DNA of 59,415 nucleotides from Clostridia bacterium (lineage in GTDB: Bacteria; Bacillota; Clostridia; TANB77; CAG-465), in contig JAZSNU010000010.1 of NCBI GenBank assembly GCA_045536565.1, positions 1 through 59,415 of the forward strand, read 5' to 3'. Below are positions 9,637 to 18,672 of the stretch, one piece after another; position 1 is the stretch's first letter; each line of letters opens with the position of its first letter. A program made the translations under genes and the position numbers. The notes below the pieces were generated by a model that was not told where the DNA came from, made no database searches, and was given only the letters and a program-made list of their open reading frames with translations.

Positions 9637-11499
9637 ATGAAAATTAAAGTATCTGATTATATAGCAGATTTTTTAGTTAAAAATGGAATACATCACATAT
9701 TTACTGTAACTGGCGGCGGTGCAATGCACTTAAATGATAGTTTGGGTCATAAAGAAGGACTTAAATGTATATATAATCATCATGAACAGGCATGTGCTAT
9801 TGCTGCCGAAAGTTATGCAAGAGTAAACAACCAGATTGCTGCTGTATGCGTAACAACCGGTCCCGGAGGAACAAATGCAATTACGGGTGTTGTAGGAGGA
9901 TATCTCGACTCAATACCTATGCTTATCATTTCAGGACAGGTAAGATATGATACAACTGCAAGAAGTACAGGGCTTAATATAAGGGCAATGGGAGACCAGG
10001 AATTCGATATTTGCAAAGCTGTGGAATCGATGACCAAATACTGTGAAATGGTAATTGATCCAAACAGAATAAGGTACTGCTTGGAAAAAGCATTATTCTT
10101 GGCAAAGAGCGGAAGACCTGGTCCTTGTTGGCTTGATATTCCTTTAAATGTTCAGGGAGCATATATTGAAACCGATGAACTTGAAGGGTATACCACCAAA
10201 GCTATGATCGATGATTTAGATGATATTCCGGATCTTGTTACAAATGAAGTAATCAAAGAAGTTATTGGAAAAATAAAGAATGCTAAAAGACCTGTAATTT
10301 ATGCTGGAAATGGTATAAGAATATCAGGTGCTCATGATACATTCATGAGAGTTGTTAATAAGCTCAATGTTCCTGTTGTTACTGCATGGAACAGCATAGA
10401 TGCAATTTATACCAAACATCCACTTTATGTGGGTCGTGGTGGTATAATGGGAGATAGAGCTGGTAATTTTGCAGTTCAAAACAGTGATTTGGTTATTTCT
10501 ATTGGTTGTAGACTCAGCATAAGACAGGTAGGATATAACTGGAAAACATGGGCGAGAGAAGCATATACAATTATGGTAGATGTTGATAAAGAGGAACTTA
10601 AAAAGCCAACACTTCACATTGATATGCCAATATGGGCTGATGCTAAAGACTTTTTAGAAGAACTCGAAGGATATCTTGATAAACAAAATGTGTATGAACT
10701 TTTCCAAAATGAATATTGGCTTGCTACATGCTCGGATTGGAAGAAAAATTATCCGGTAGTTTTACCTAAGCATAAAGAAAATACAGATGGTCTTGCAAAT
10801 GTTTATTATTTTATAGATAAACTCAGTAAGTCATTAGTAGAAAATCAGTATACTGTTGTAGGAAATGGTTCAGCATGTGTTGTAGGTAGTCATGGATATT
10901 ATATAAAGCCAGGTCAGAGATTTATTATTAACTCAGCTATTGCTTCAATGGGATATGATCTTCCGGCTGCTATTGGTGCATATTTTGGCAAAAGTGAAAT
11001 ATCTTATGCAGAAAACAATGATGCAGACATTATTTGCATAACAGGTGATGGAAGTATTCAGATGAACTTACAGGAACTTCAAACTATAATTCATCATAAA
11101 CTTCCAATTAAAATCTTTGTTATAAATAACGGTGGCTATCATTCTATAAGGCAAACTCAGACAAATCTTTTCAACGCCAATTTTGTTGGTATTGGTGAAG
11201 ATAGCGGAGACCTCAGTTTCCCAAGTATGAAAAAACTTGCGGCTGCATATGGTTATCCATATATTAGACTTGAATCAAACGAATATATTGATTTTTGGAT
11301 GGAAAAGATTTTATCACAGGAAGGACCTTTTATATGCGAAGTGTTTGTTTCACCAAAACAGAACTTTGAGCCTAAATCTGCTACTAAAAAGTTACCAGAT
11401 GGTAAACTTGTTTCTCCTCCTCTTGAAGATTTAGCACCATTTCTCCCAAGAGATGAATTTGAGGCTAATATGATTATTGATATGATAGGAGAGGAGTAA
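9637..11499 (+). CDS. TPP-dependent acetolactate-synthase-like enzyme, YerE-like by context
   Basis: HHEQA, TTGPGGTN, GRPGP and TPP motif GDGS..MN.QEL..NNGGY; located in a CDP-sugar cluster with no ilvN/ilvC nearby. Confidence 0.8.
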   Translation: MKIKVSDYIADFLVKNGIHHIFTVTGGGAMHLNDSLGHKEGLKCIYNHHEQACAIAAESYARVNNQIAAVCVTTGPGGTNAITGVVGGYLDSIPMLIISGQVRYDTTARSTGLNIRAMGDQEFDICKAVESMTKYCEMVIDPNRIRYCLEKALFLAKSGRPGPCWLDIPLNVQGAYIETDELEGYTTKAMIDDLDDIPDLVTNEVIKEVIGKIKNAKRPVIYAGNGIRISGAHDTFMRVVNKLNVPVVTAWNSIDAIYTKHPLYVGRGGIMGDRAGNFAVQNSDLVISIGCRLSIRQVGYNWKTWAREAYTIMVDVDKEELKKPTLHIDMPIWADAKDFLEELEGYLDKQNVYELFQNEYWLATCSDWKKNYPVVLPKHKENTDGLANVYYFIDKLSKSLVENQYTVVGNGSACVVGSHGYYIKPGQRFIINSAIASMGYDLPAAIGAYFGKSEISYAENNDADIICITGDGSIQMNLQELQTIIHHKLPIKIFVINNGGYHSIRQTQTNLFNANFVGIGEDSGDLSFPSMKKLAAAYGYPYIRLESNEYIDFWMEKILSQEGPFICEVFVSPKQNFEPKSATKKLPDGKLVSPPLEDLAPFLPRDEFEANMIIDMIGEE

Positions 11500-11500
11500 C

Positions 11501-12421
11501 ATGAAAAAAGTAGTTGTTACAGGTGCAACCTCTATGATTGGGATAGCACTTATTGAGTATTTACTTTCTCAGGAAATTGAAGTACTTGCCATATCAAGAA
11601 GAATGACAGATGAGCTTAATAAGTTCGCGGAAACAGGCAAATGTAAAATTGCTATATGTAATTTAGAAGGAATATCTATGTTTAAAGTAAATGATTACAC
11701 TACTGATTACGATGCATTTTTTCATTTAGCTTGGTCTGGTACTTTTGGTGAGGCAAGGCAAGATGACTATATGCAGTCACAAAACATTCAATACACACTA
11801 GACTGTGTTAAATTAGCACATGATTTGGGATGTAAAACCTTTTTGGGTGTTGGTTCGCAAGCTGAATATGGAAGAGTAGATGGAGTTATACGACATAATA
11901 CACCTACAAATCCTGATACACCTTATGGTATATCAAAACTTGCTGCAAATAGAATGAGCAGACATTATGCACAAAGTTTAGGAATGAAACATATATGGGT
12001 TAGAATATTTAGTGTATATGGCCCATATGATAATCCTAAAACCATGGTAATGTCAAGTATTTCTAAATTCCTTGATAACAAGCCAATGGAGTACACTGAA
12101 GCAATCCAGATGTGGAATTATCTTTATGTAAAAGATGCAGCAAGAGGTATAAGACTAGCATGTGATAAAGGAAAAGATGGTGAAGTATATTGTGTAGCAG
12201 ATTTTTCTAATTATCCGCTTAAAGAGTATATACTTGCCCTTAAAGAAATTATGTGTTCAAAGTCAGAAATAGAGTTTGGTAAAATTCCATTTAGCGGCTT
12301 AAAACCGATTTCATTAAATGTAGATACTACACGAGAAGAAAAAGAATTAGGATTTTTTCCTATCTATTCATTCGGACATGGTATTAAAGAGACAATTGAA
12401 TGGTATAAACAGCAGAAATAA
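11501..12421 (+). CDS. Extended SDR NAD(P)-dependent epimerase/reductase, YerF-like by context
   Basis: VTGATSMIG, HLAW, GSQAEYG, YGISK (YxxxK), VYGP. Confidence 0.8.
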   Translation: MKKVVVTGATSMIGIALIEYLLSQEIEVLAISRRMTDELNKFAETGKCKIAICNLEGISMFKVNDYTTDYDAFFHLAWSGTFGEARQDDYMQSQNIQYTLDCVKLAHDLGCKTFLGVGSQAEYGRVDGVIRHNTPTNPDTPYGISKLAANRMSRHYAQSLGMKHIWVRIFSVYGPYDNPKTMVMSSISKFLDNKPMEYTEAIQMWNYLYVKDAARGIRLACDKGKDGEVYCVADFSNYPLKEYILALKEIMCSKSEIEFGKIPFSGLKPISLNVDTTREEKELGFFPIYSFGHGIKETIEWYKQQK

Positions 12422-12430
12422 TAGTCAATT

Positions 12431-12462
12431 AAGGATGTGAGTTAAAACTTACATCCTTTTTC
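12431..12462 (+). terminator. Intrinsic terminator
   Basis: AAGGATGTGAGTT / AACTTACATCCTT plus T run. Confidence 0.75.
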
Positions 12463-12491
12463 TTGTATTATACTTGCTTCTAGTGTATAAT
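12463..12491 (+). promoter_or_regulatory. SigA-type promoter of gtrB2-gtrII2-metK
   Basis: TTGTAT-17nt-TATAAT. Confidence 0.55.
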
Positions 12492-12527
12492 TTGTATATA
12501 TATGTAAAATATATGAAGGAGTAAAGT

Positions 12528-13469
12528 ATGAAGAAGATAAGTGTAGTAATTCCTTGCTATAACGAGGAAGAAAATGTAGAAGCAATATGTGAAGCAGTAG
12601 AAAATGAAATAAAAAAAGAGTTATCAAATTATGACTATGAAATATTATTTATAGATAATTGTTCTACTGATAAAACAAGACAGTTGATAGAAGGAATATG
12701 TGAAAACAATAAAAAAGTAAAAGCAATATTAAATGCTAAAAACTTTGGGCAATTTAATTCACCATATTATGGTATGTTACAATCAACAGGAGATTGTACA
12801 ATTCTTATATGTGCTGACTTCCAAGACCCAGTAGATATGATATCTAAATTTGTTAAGGAATGGGAAAACGGATACAGAATTGTTATAGGAATAAAAGAAA
12901 CAAGTAAAGAAAATAAAATAATGTACTTTTTAAGAAGTTGTTATTACAAGACAATTAAGAAAATGTCAGATACAGAACAAATAGAACATTTTACAGGCTT
13001 TGGGCTATATGATAAAAGTTTTATTGAGGTATTAAGAAACCTAGACGATCCAACACCATTTTTGCGTGGAATAGTTGCAGAACTTGGCTTTTCTAGAAAA
13101 GATATACCATATGAACAAGCTAAAAGAAGAGCAGGGAAAACACATAATAATTTCTATAAATTATATGATGCAGCTATGCTTAGTTTTACTTCATATACAA
13201 AAGTAGGATTAAGACTTGCAACATTTGGAGGATTATTTATAGGTTTTGTTAGTTTTATTGTTGCAATGGTGTATCTTGTATTAAAACTATGTAACTGGGA
13301 AATGTTTTCAGCAGGAAGTGCACCTATTGTTATAGGAATGTTTTTCTTGGGTGCTATACAATTATTTTTCTTAGGATTCTTAGGTGAATATATTTTATCT
13401 ATAAATGCTAGAATGATGAAAAGACCATTAGTAATAGAAGAAAAAAGAATAAATTTTGAGGAGAAATAA
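12528..13469 (+). CDS. GT2 GtrB-like undecaprenyl-phosphate glycosyltransferase (copy 2)
   Basis: VIPCYNEEEN, IDNCSTD, NFG, CADFQDP; two C-terminal TMs and GEY..RP. Confidence 0.88.
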   Translation: MKKISVVIPCYNEEENVEAICEAVENEIKKELSNYDYEILFIDNCSTDKTRQLIEGICENNKKVKAILNAKNFGQFNSPYYGMLQSTGDCTILICADFQDPVDMISKFVKEWENGYRIVIGIKETSKENKIMYFLRSCYYKTIKKMSDTEQIEHFTGFGLYDKSFIEVLRNLDDPTPFLRGIVAELGFSRKDIPYEQAKRRAGKTHNNFYKLYDAAMLSFTSYTKVGLRLATFGGLFIGFVSFIVAMVYLVLKLCNWEMFSAGSAPIVIGMFFLGAIQLFFLGFLGEYILSINARMMKRPLVIEEKRINFEEK

Positions 13470-13470
13470 T

Positions 13471-15111
13471 ATGCAAAAATACAAAGAAAAAGCAGTAGAG
13501 TTAATTAAGAATATAAAATATATAATTCCAGTTGTGATTACTGCAATATTAAGTTTTGGATTTGTTATAACTCATCATTCAATAAATGGTGATGTGTTGT
13601 CATATGATAGATATTTTGAACAAGGTGAACTTATAGCGCAAGGTAGATTTACAGCACCATTGATAAACAAAATATTTAATATAATGAATTTTAACCCTTT
13701 TTTTGTGGATACTTTGGCAGTTTTATTCTTAATTGCAAGTGCAATATTATTTTGTTTACTATTTGACAGGGTATCCAAGGGAAAACTCAATGATAATGTA
13801 TATACAATCTTTTCTTGCTTGTTTATATCATATCCATTAATATCGGAAATATTTACTTTTACACCAGCAAGTTTAAGTATAGGAATAGGATATTTTCTAA
13901 CTGCTATATCATTAATGATAGGATATGAGAGTATATTTAATTGTTATTCTAAAATAAAAGGGATTATATTTGAAACAATATTACTTTGCTTAGCGGTCTA
14001 TTTATATGAATCATTTGCAGCCGTATATTTATGTGGAATATTCATGATATTAATAATAGAGTATTTATATAACAAAAATAGAATGAAATTTTTTGATCTT
14101 ATTAAAAAAGGATTTCTATTTGTAATTCCATTGGTAATTGCAATTATTGGTGGATATATATTCGTTAGAATACTAATGAAATTATTACATTTAGAAAAGA
14201 GTAATTATTCTGCAAAGACTATAATATATACAGGAAATACATTATCACATGTTTGGGGCTGGTTTGTAAAAACAACAATTGAAAGATATATATTACCAGT
14301 AACATATTATTTACCTATTACTGTATTAGTACTTGCAACAGTTCTTTATATTATATTTTTAATTAAATCTAGTATAAAAGAGAAAAGTTTAATATTACTA
14401 TTGTTATTTATATGGCTTGGAATAGCAGTATCGTCTTTATCTATTATACAAGGAATAGCGGCCATGTATAGAACTTGCCAAACATTTGCTATATTTATTG
14501 CATTTGTATTTATGCTTGTAGCTCACGAAATGTATAAAGAGAATACAAATAAATGGGTAAAAAATATATTTATAATAATTGTTTATACTATAATTTTTTA
14601 TCAAGTAAAAGATTTAAATGGCTGGTTTGTAACAAATTATCAGCGTTATGAAATAGAAAAGAATGCTATTATAAATATAGGTGATGAAATAAGTGAAAAT
14701 TATGATATAAATAAACCTGTATATTTTGTGGGCAGTTATTCATTACCAGATGTAATAACTGGTAGAATGTATTTAAATCGTGAAAGTAACGCTTTTAATA
14801 TTAGTTCCAAATTAAATAAGCTGTTGGGAAACAAAAGTGAAAAGTTTAAAAAAGATTCAAATATAGGTATTTATTATGGAGAGTCTAATATAATTTCATA
14901 TATTGATTGGTCAATATCAGCATTTGAAAAAGATGATAAGGTAAGTGTGGATTTAATAAAATTCTTTAATTATATGGGATATGATTTTAAAGCTGGAAAT
15001 AGAGATATATACGAAGAGTATATAGTACCTTTATGTGAAGGTAAACCTGAGTGGCCTAAAAAGGGTTCTATTTTTGAAACAGATAAATATATAATTGTTA
15101 ATTTTGGATAA
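13471..15111 (+). CDS. GtrII-like (GT-C) membrane glycosyltransferase, copy 2
   Basis: ATG 13471 after GAGGAG; colinear paralog of 3930-5555 (QGRFTA, FNPFFVD, LYESFAAVYLCG, YRTCQTFA). Confidence 0.75.
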   Translation: MQKYKEKAVELIKNIKYIIPVVITAILSFGFVITHHSINGDVLSYDRYFEQGELIAQGRFTAPLINKIFNIMNFNPFFVDTLAVLFLIASAILFCLLFDRVSKGKLNDNVYTIFSCLFISYPLISEIFTFTPASLSIGIGYFLTAISLMIGYESIFNCYSKIKGIIFETILLCLAVYLYESFAAVYLCGIFMILIIEYLYNKNRMKFFDLIKKGFLFVIPLVIAIIGGYIFVRILMKLLHLEKSNYSAKTIIYTGNTLSHVWGWFVKTTIERYILPVTYYLPITVLVLATVLYIIFLIKSSIKEKSLILLLLFIWLGIAVSSLSIIQGIAAMYRTCQTFAIFIAFVFMLVAHEMYKENTNKWVKNIFIIIVYTIIFYQVKDLNGWFVTNYQRYEIEKNAIINIGDEISENYDINKPVYFVGSYSLPDVITGRMYLNRESNAFNISSKLNKLLGNKSEKFKKDSNIGIYYGESNIISYIDWSISAFEKDDKVSVDLIKFFNYMGYDFKAGNRDIYEEYIVPLCEGKPEWPKKGSIFETDKYIIVNFG

Positions 15112-15125
15112 GAGGGAAACGGTTT

Positions 15126-16196
15126 ATGAAAAAATATATAACAAGTGAACAGGTGTCATGTGGACATCCGGATAAAATGTGTGATCAAATAGCAGATAGA
15201 ATACTTGATTTATGTTTAGAATATGACAAAACAAGTAGAGTAGCTGTTGAAGTTATGATGAAAAATTATGATGTAATAATAGCAGGAGAAGTAACGACTA
15301 TTTTTGACATAACAGATGAGATATTGTATCAAGTTTTAGACGAAGTATTAACATATGTCGGAGTACAGGATAAAGAAAGATATATTATTACTAATCTTTT
15401 AGACAAGCAATCGCCAGATATTGCTATGGGTGTAGATATTGGTGGGGCTGGCGATCAGGGTATAATGTTTGGTTATGCTACTAATGAAACAAAAGAGATG
15501 ATGCCTCTTGCTTGGTCTATTGCAAATAAAGCGTTAATAAATTTAAAAAATCTTAATTCTGATTTGTTATTACCAGATGCTAAAGCTCAGGTAACAATTG
15601 AATATGAAAATGATACACCAGTAAGAATAGATACATTTTTAATATCTACGCAGCATAAAGAAGAAACTACACTAGAACAAGTAAAAGATATTGTATCAAA
15701 AATTATGATAAATACGGCAAAAGAATATGGAATGAACACTGATTTTAAAATGTTAGTTAATCCTACTGGAAGATTTGTAATTGGTGGTAGTATTGGTGAT
15801 GCAGGCGTAACAGGAAGAAAAATAATTGCAGATACTTATGGAGGATATGCGCATCACGGTGGAGGAGCTTTCTCTGGTAAAGATCCAACAAAAGTAGATA
15901 GAAGTGCTGCGTATATGGCAAGGAAAATAGCTAAAGATATATTAAGAAAAAATATGGCGGAGAAATGTGAAATACAGTTATCTTATGCCATTGGAGTGAA
16001 AGAGCCAATTTCTATTTTTGTAGAATGTTTCGGAACAGAAAAAATAAATATATCTGAAATAGTTGAATATATAAAGGAAAATTATGACCTATCACCAAAA
16101 GGTATAATAGATAGATTAGATTTGCTTAATGTAAAATATTCAGATACAACAGTATATGGACATTTTGGTAAGAAATTTTTAAGTTGGGAAGAGTAA
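15126..16196 (+). CDS. metK: S-adenosylmethionine synthetase
   Basis: GHPDK, QSPDI, GAGDQG, NPTGRFVIGG, GGGAFSGKDPTKVDRS. Confidence 0.95.
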   Translation: MKKYITSEQVSCGHPDKMCDQIADRILDLCLEYDKTSRVAVEVMMKNYDVIIAGEVTTIFDITDEILYQVLDEVLTYVGVQDKERYIITNLLDKQSPDIAMGVDIGGAGDQGIMFGYATNETKEMMPLAWSIANKALINLKNLNSDLLLPDAKAQVTIEYENDTPVRIDTFLISTQHKEETTLEQVKDIVSKIMINTAKEYGMNTDFKMLVNPTGRFVIGGSIGDAGVTGRKIIADTYGGYAHHGGGAFSGKDPTKVDRSAAYMARKIAKDILRKNMAEKCEIQLSYAIGVKEPISIFVECFGTEKINISEIVEYIKENYDLSPKGIIDRLDLLNVKYSDTTVYGHFGKKFLSWEE

Positions 16197-16225
16197 TAAA
16201 AAGTTGGTCAATAAAATGCGAATAC

Positions 16226-16254
16226 TTGTATAAAATCACTATATGTAGTATAAT
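16226..16254 (+). promoter_or_regulatory. SigA-type promoter overlapping a hairpin (16230-16271)
   Basis: TTGTAT-17nt-TATAAT; -10 lies at the hairpin loop. Confidence 0.55.
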
Positions 16255-16292
16255 ACATCTAGTGATTTTATTATATTTAAAGGAGAAGTTTA

Positions 16293-16946
16293 ATGTTTGA
16301 TATATTTACAAGAGAAGGTTTTTTAGAAACATTATATTTTATTCCAGCACTTCTTATATCGCTTGCTATACATGAGTTTGGGCATTCGATTGTTGCATAT
16401 AAGTTGGGGGATAAAAGTCAAAAGGCAATGGGAAGACTTACATTGTCTCCATTTGCGCATGTAGATCCACTTGGATTTATATTTATACTTTTATTTAAAT
16501 TTGGCTGGGGTAAGCCAGTAATTATAGATGATAGAAATTTTAAAAATAGAGCAAAAGGCAATATGTTAGTAGCTCTTGCAGGTCCAGTATTTAATGTTAT
16601 ACTTGCAATTGTTCTTACAATTGTTTTAAAAGTACTTATGGAATGCGGCATAGATGCAGAGAGTATTACTTCTAGTGTTGGTCAAATATTATATGCAATG
16701 CTTGTTTTAGCAATACAATTTAATATAGTGTTTGCGGTATTTAATTTATTACCACTTCCACCGTTTGATGGTTCAAAAGTGTTATATTACTTCCTGCCAT
16801 ATAAAGCAAAAAGGTGGATGGATAGTATAGAAAGATATTCTATTTGGATATTAATTGTACTTTTATACACAGGGCTATATTCATATATAATATTACCTGC
16901 ATATATGTTAGTTACATTAGTAATAAACTTTATTTTGAATTTATAG
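16293..16946 (+). CDS. Site-2 protease family (M50) metalloprotease
   Basis: HEFGH, GWGKPV, ALAGP, FNLLPLPPFDG. Confidence 0.92.
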   Translation: MFDIFTREGFLETLYFIPALLISLAIHEFGHSIVAYKLGDKSQKAMGRLTLSPFAHVDPLGFIFILLFKFGWGKPVIIDDRNFKNRAKGNMLVALAGPVFNVILAIVLTIVLKVLMECGIDAESITSSVGQILYAMLVLAIQFNIVFAVFNLLPLPPFDGSKVLYYFLPYKAKRWMDSIERYSIWILIVLLYTGLYSYIILPAYMLVTLVINFILNL

Positions 16947-16958
16947 AAAGGAAAGAGT

Positions 16959-17954
16959 ATGATAATATTAGGAATTGAAACAAGTTGTGATGAAACATCA
17001 ATATGTATACTAAAAGATGGAAAAGAAGTTTTAGCAAACATTGTATCATCACAAATAGATATACATAAAGAATTTGGTGGTGTAGTGCCAGAAATAGCAT
17101 CTAGGCATCATACTAAAAATATATCATATGTTCTTGATGAAGCACTAGAAAAATCAAGAGTTACATTAAATGATATAACTGCTATTGCTGTTACTGTTGG
17201 GCCAGGACTTGTGGGAGCGCTCCTTGTTGGAGTGTCGTTTGCTAAAAGTTTAGCATATACATTAAATGTTCCGCTTGTTCCAGTTCATCATATTCAAGGA
17301 CACATAGCAGCAAACTACTTATCAAATCCAGAACTTAAACCACCGTTTATATCTCTTGTTGTATCAGGAGGACATTCTCATATAATTGAGGTATCAGATT
17401 ATACTAAGTTTAAAATACTAGGAAAAACAAGAGATGATGCAGTAGGTGAAGCATTTGATAAGGTTGCAAGAGTACTTGGTTTAGGATATCCTGGTGGACC
17501 TAAGGTAAGTAAACTTGCAAAGAGTGGACAAGATACATATAAATTACCAACTACTAAATTTGAAAATTTAGATTTTAGTTTTAGTGGAATAAAAACAGCT
17601 GTACTTAATCTAGCCAATAAAGAAAAAGATAATTTAAGAAAAGAAGACATTGCAAAAAGTTTTGAAGATAATGTTTGCAATATTTTAGTAGCAAATACCA
17701 TGAAAGCGTTAAAAGAAACAGGGATTAAAAATGTAGTACTAGCAGGTGGTGTAGCAGCAAACGATAGATTAAGAGAGCATCTTTTAAGTGAAGCTAAAAG
17801 ACATAAAGTCAGTGCATACATACCAGATTTAGAATATTGTACGGATAATGCAGCTATGATAGCAATGGCTGGTTATTATAACTACATGGCTGGAAAATAT
17901 ACGAATGATTTATCGTTAAATGCGAAAGCAAGTTTAAATATAGAGGAGGCGTAA
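16959..17954 (+). CDS. tsaD: tRNA N6-threonylcarbamoyladenosine transferase
   Basis: GIETSCDET, GGVVPEIASRHH, HHIQGH, VSGGH, DDAVGEAFDK, CTDNAAMI. Confidence 0.96.
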   Translation: MIILGIETSCDETSICILKDGKEVLANIVSSQIDIHKEFGGVVPEIASRHHTKNISYVLDEALEKSRVTLNDITAIAVTVGPGLVGALLVGVSFAKSLAYTLNVPLVPVHHIQGHIAANYLSNPELKPPFISLVVSGGHSHIIEVSDYTKFKILGKTRDDAVGEAFDKVARVLGLGYPGGPKVSKLAKSGQDTYKLPTTKFENLDFSFSGIKTAVLNLANKEKDNLRKEDIAKSFEDNVCNILVANTMKALKETGIKNVVLAGGVAANDRLREHLLSEAKRHKVSAYIPDLEYCTDNAAMIAMAGYYNYMAGKYTNDLSLNAKASLNIEEA

Positions 17955-17956
17955 AT

Positions 17957-18649
17957 TTGTCTATTTATGCAATATCTGATTTACATTTATCTTTTAGTGA
18001 TAGTAGTAAATCAATGGAATTTTTTGGTGATGATTGGAAAGATTATGTTAAAAGAATTGAAACTAATTGGAAGGCAGTAGTAAAAGAAACAGATACTGTT
18101 TTAATTGCAGGTGATATATCTTGGGCAAATAATTTGGAAGAAGCAGTAGAAGATTTTAAGTTTATAGATTCACTTCCGGGTAGAAAGATAATAATAAAAG
18201 GAAACCATGATTATTATTTTTCTACTATGAAAAAAGTGAAAAAGTTTTTAAATGAGAATAACTTTAATACAATTGATATATTATTCAATAATTCTTTTGT
18301 TGTAGAAGGATATAGCATTTGTGGTACAAGAGGCTGGGGAAATATTGGAGAAACAGAAGATTGTATTGATATTCAAAAAATATTTAAAAGAGAGATAGGG
18401 AGACTTAATTTATCATATGGTAGTTTAAGTAATGAGGATAAGACTAAGGATATAATTGTGCTTACACATTTTCCACCATTTACTTATGAATTTAAAAATG
18501 TATTAAAAGAAATAGGAGCGAAGAAGTGTATTTATGGGCATCTTCATGGAAATGGCCATTATATGGTAAAACAAGGTTTAATAGATGGTATTGAATATAT
18601 AATGGTATCATGTGATTATACTGGTTTTAAACTTGTTAAAATTGCATAA
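17957..18649 (+). CDS. Calcineurin-like metallophosphoesterase
   Basis: SDLH, AGDISW, GNHD, THFPP, YGHLH; TTG start after GGAGG. Confidence 0.88.
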   Translation: MSIYAISDLHLSFSDSSKSMEFFGDDWKDYVKRIETNWKAVVKETDTVLIAGDISWANNLEEAVEDFKFIDSLPGRKIIIKGNHDYYFSTMKKVKKFLNENNFNTIDILFNNSFVVEGYSICGTRGWGNIGETEDCIDIQKIFKREIGRLNLSYGSLSNEDKTKDIIVLTHFPPFTYEFKNVLKEIGAKKCIYGHLHGNGHYMVKQGLIDGIEYIMVSCDYTGFKLVKIA

Positions 18650-18672
18650 TTCATATGTTTAAGGAAGTAAAA

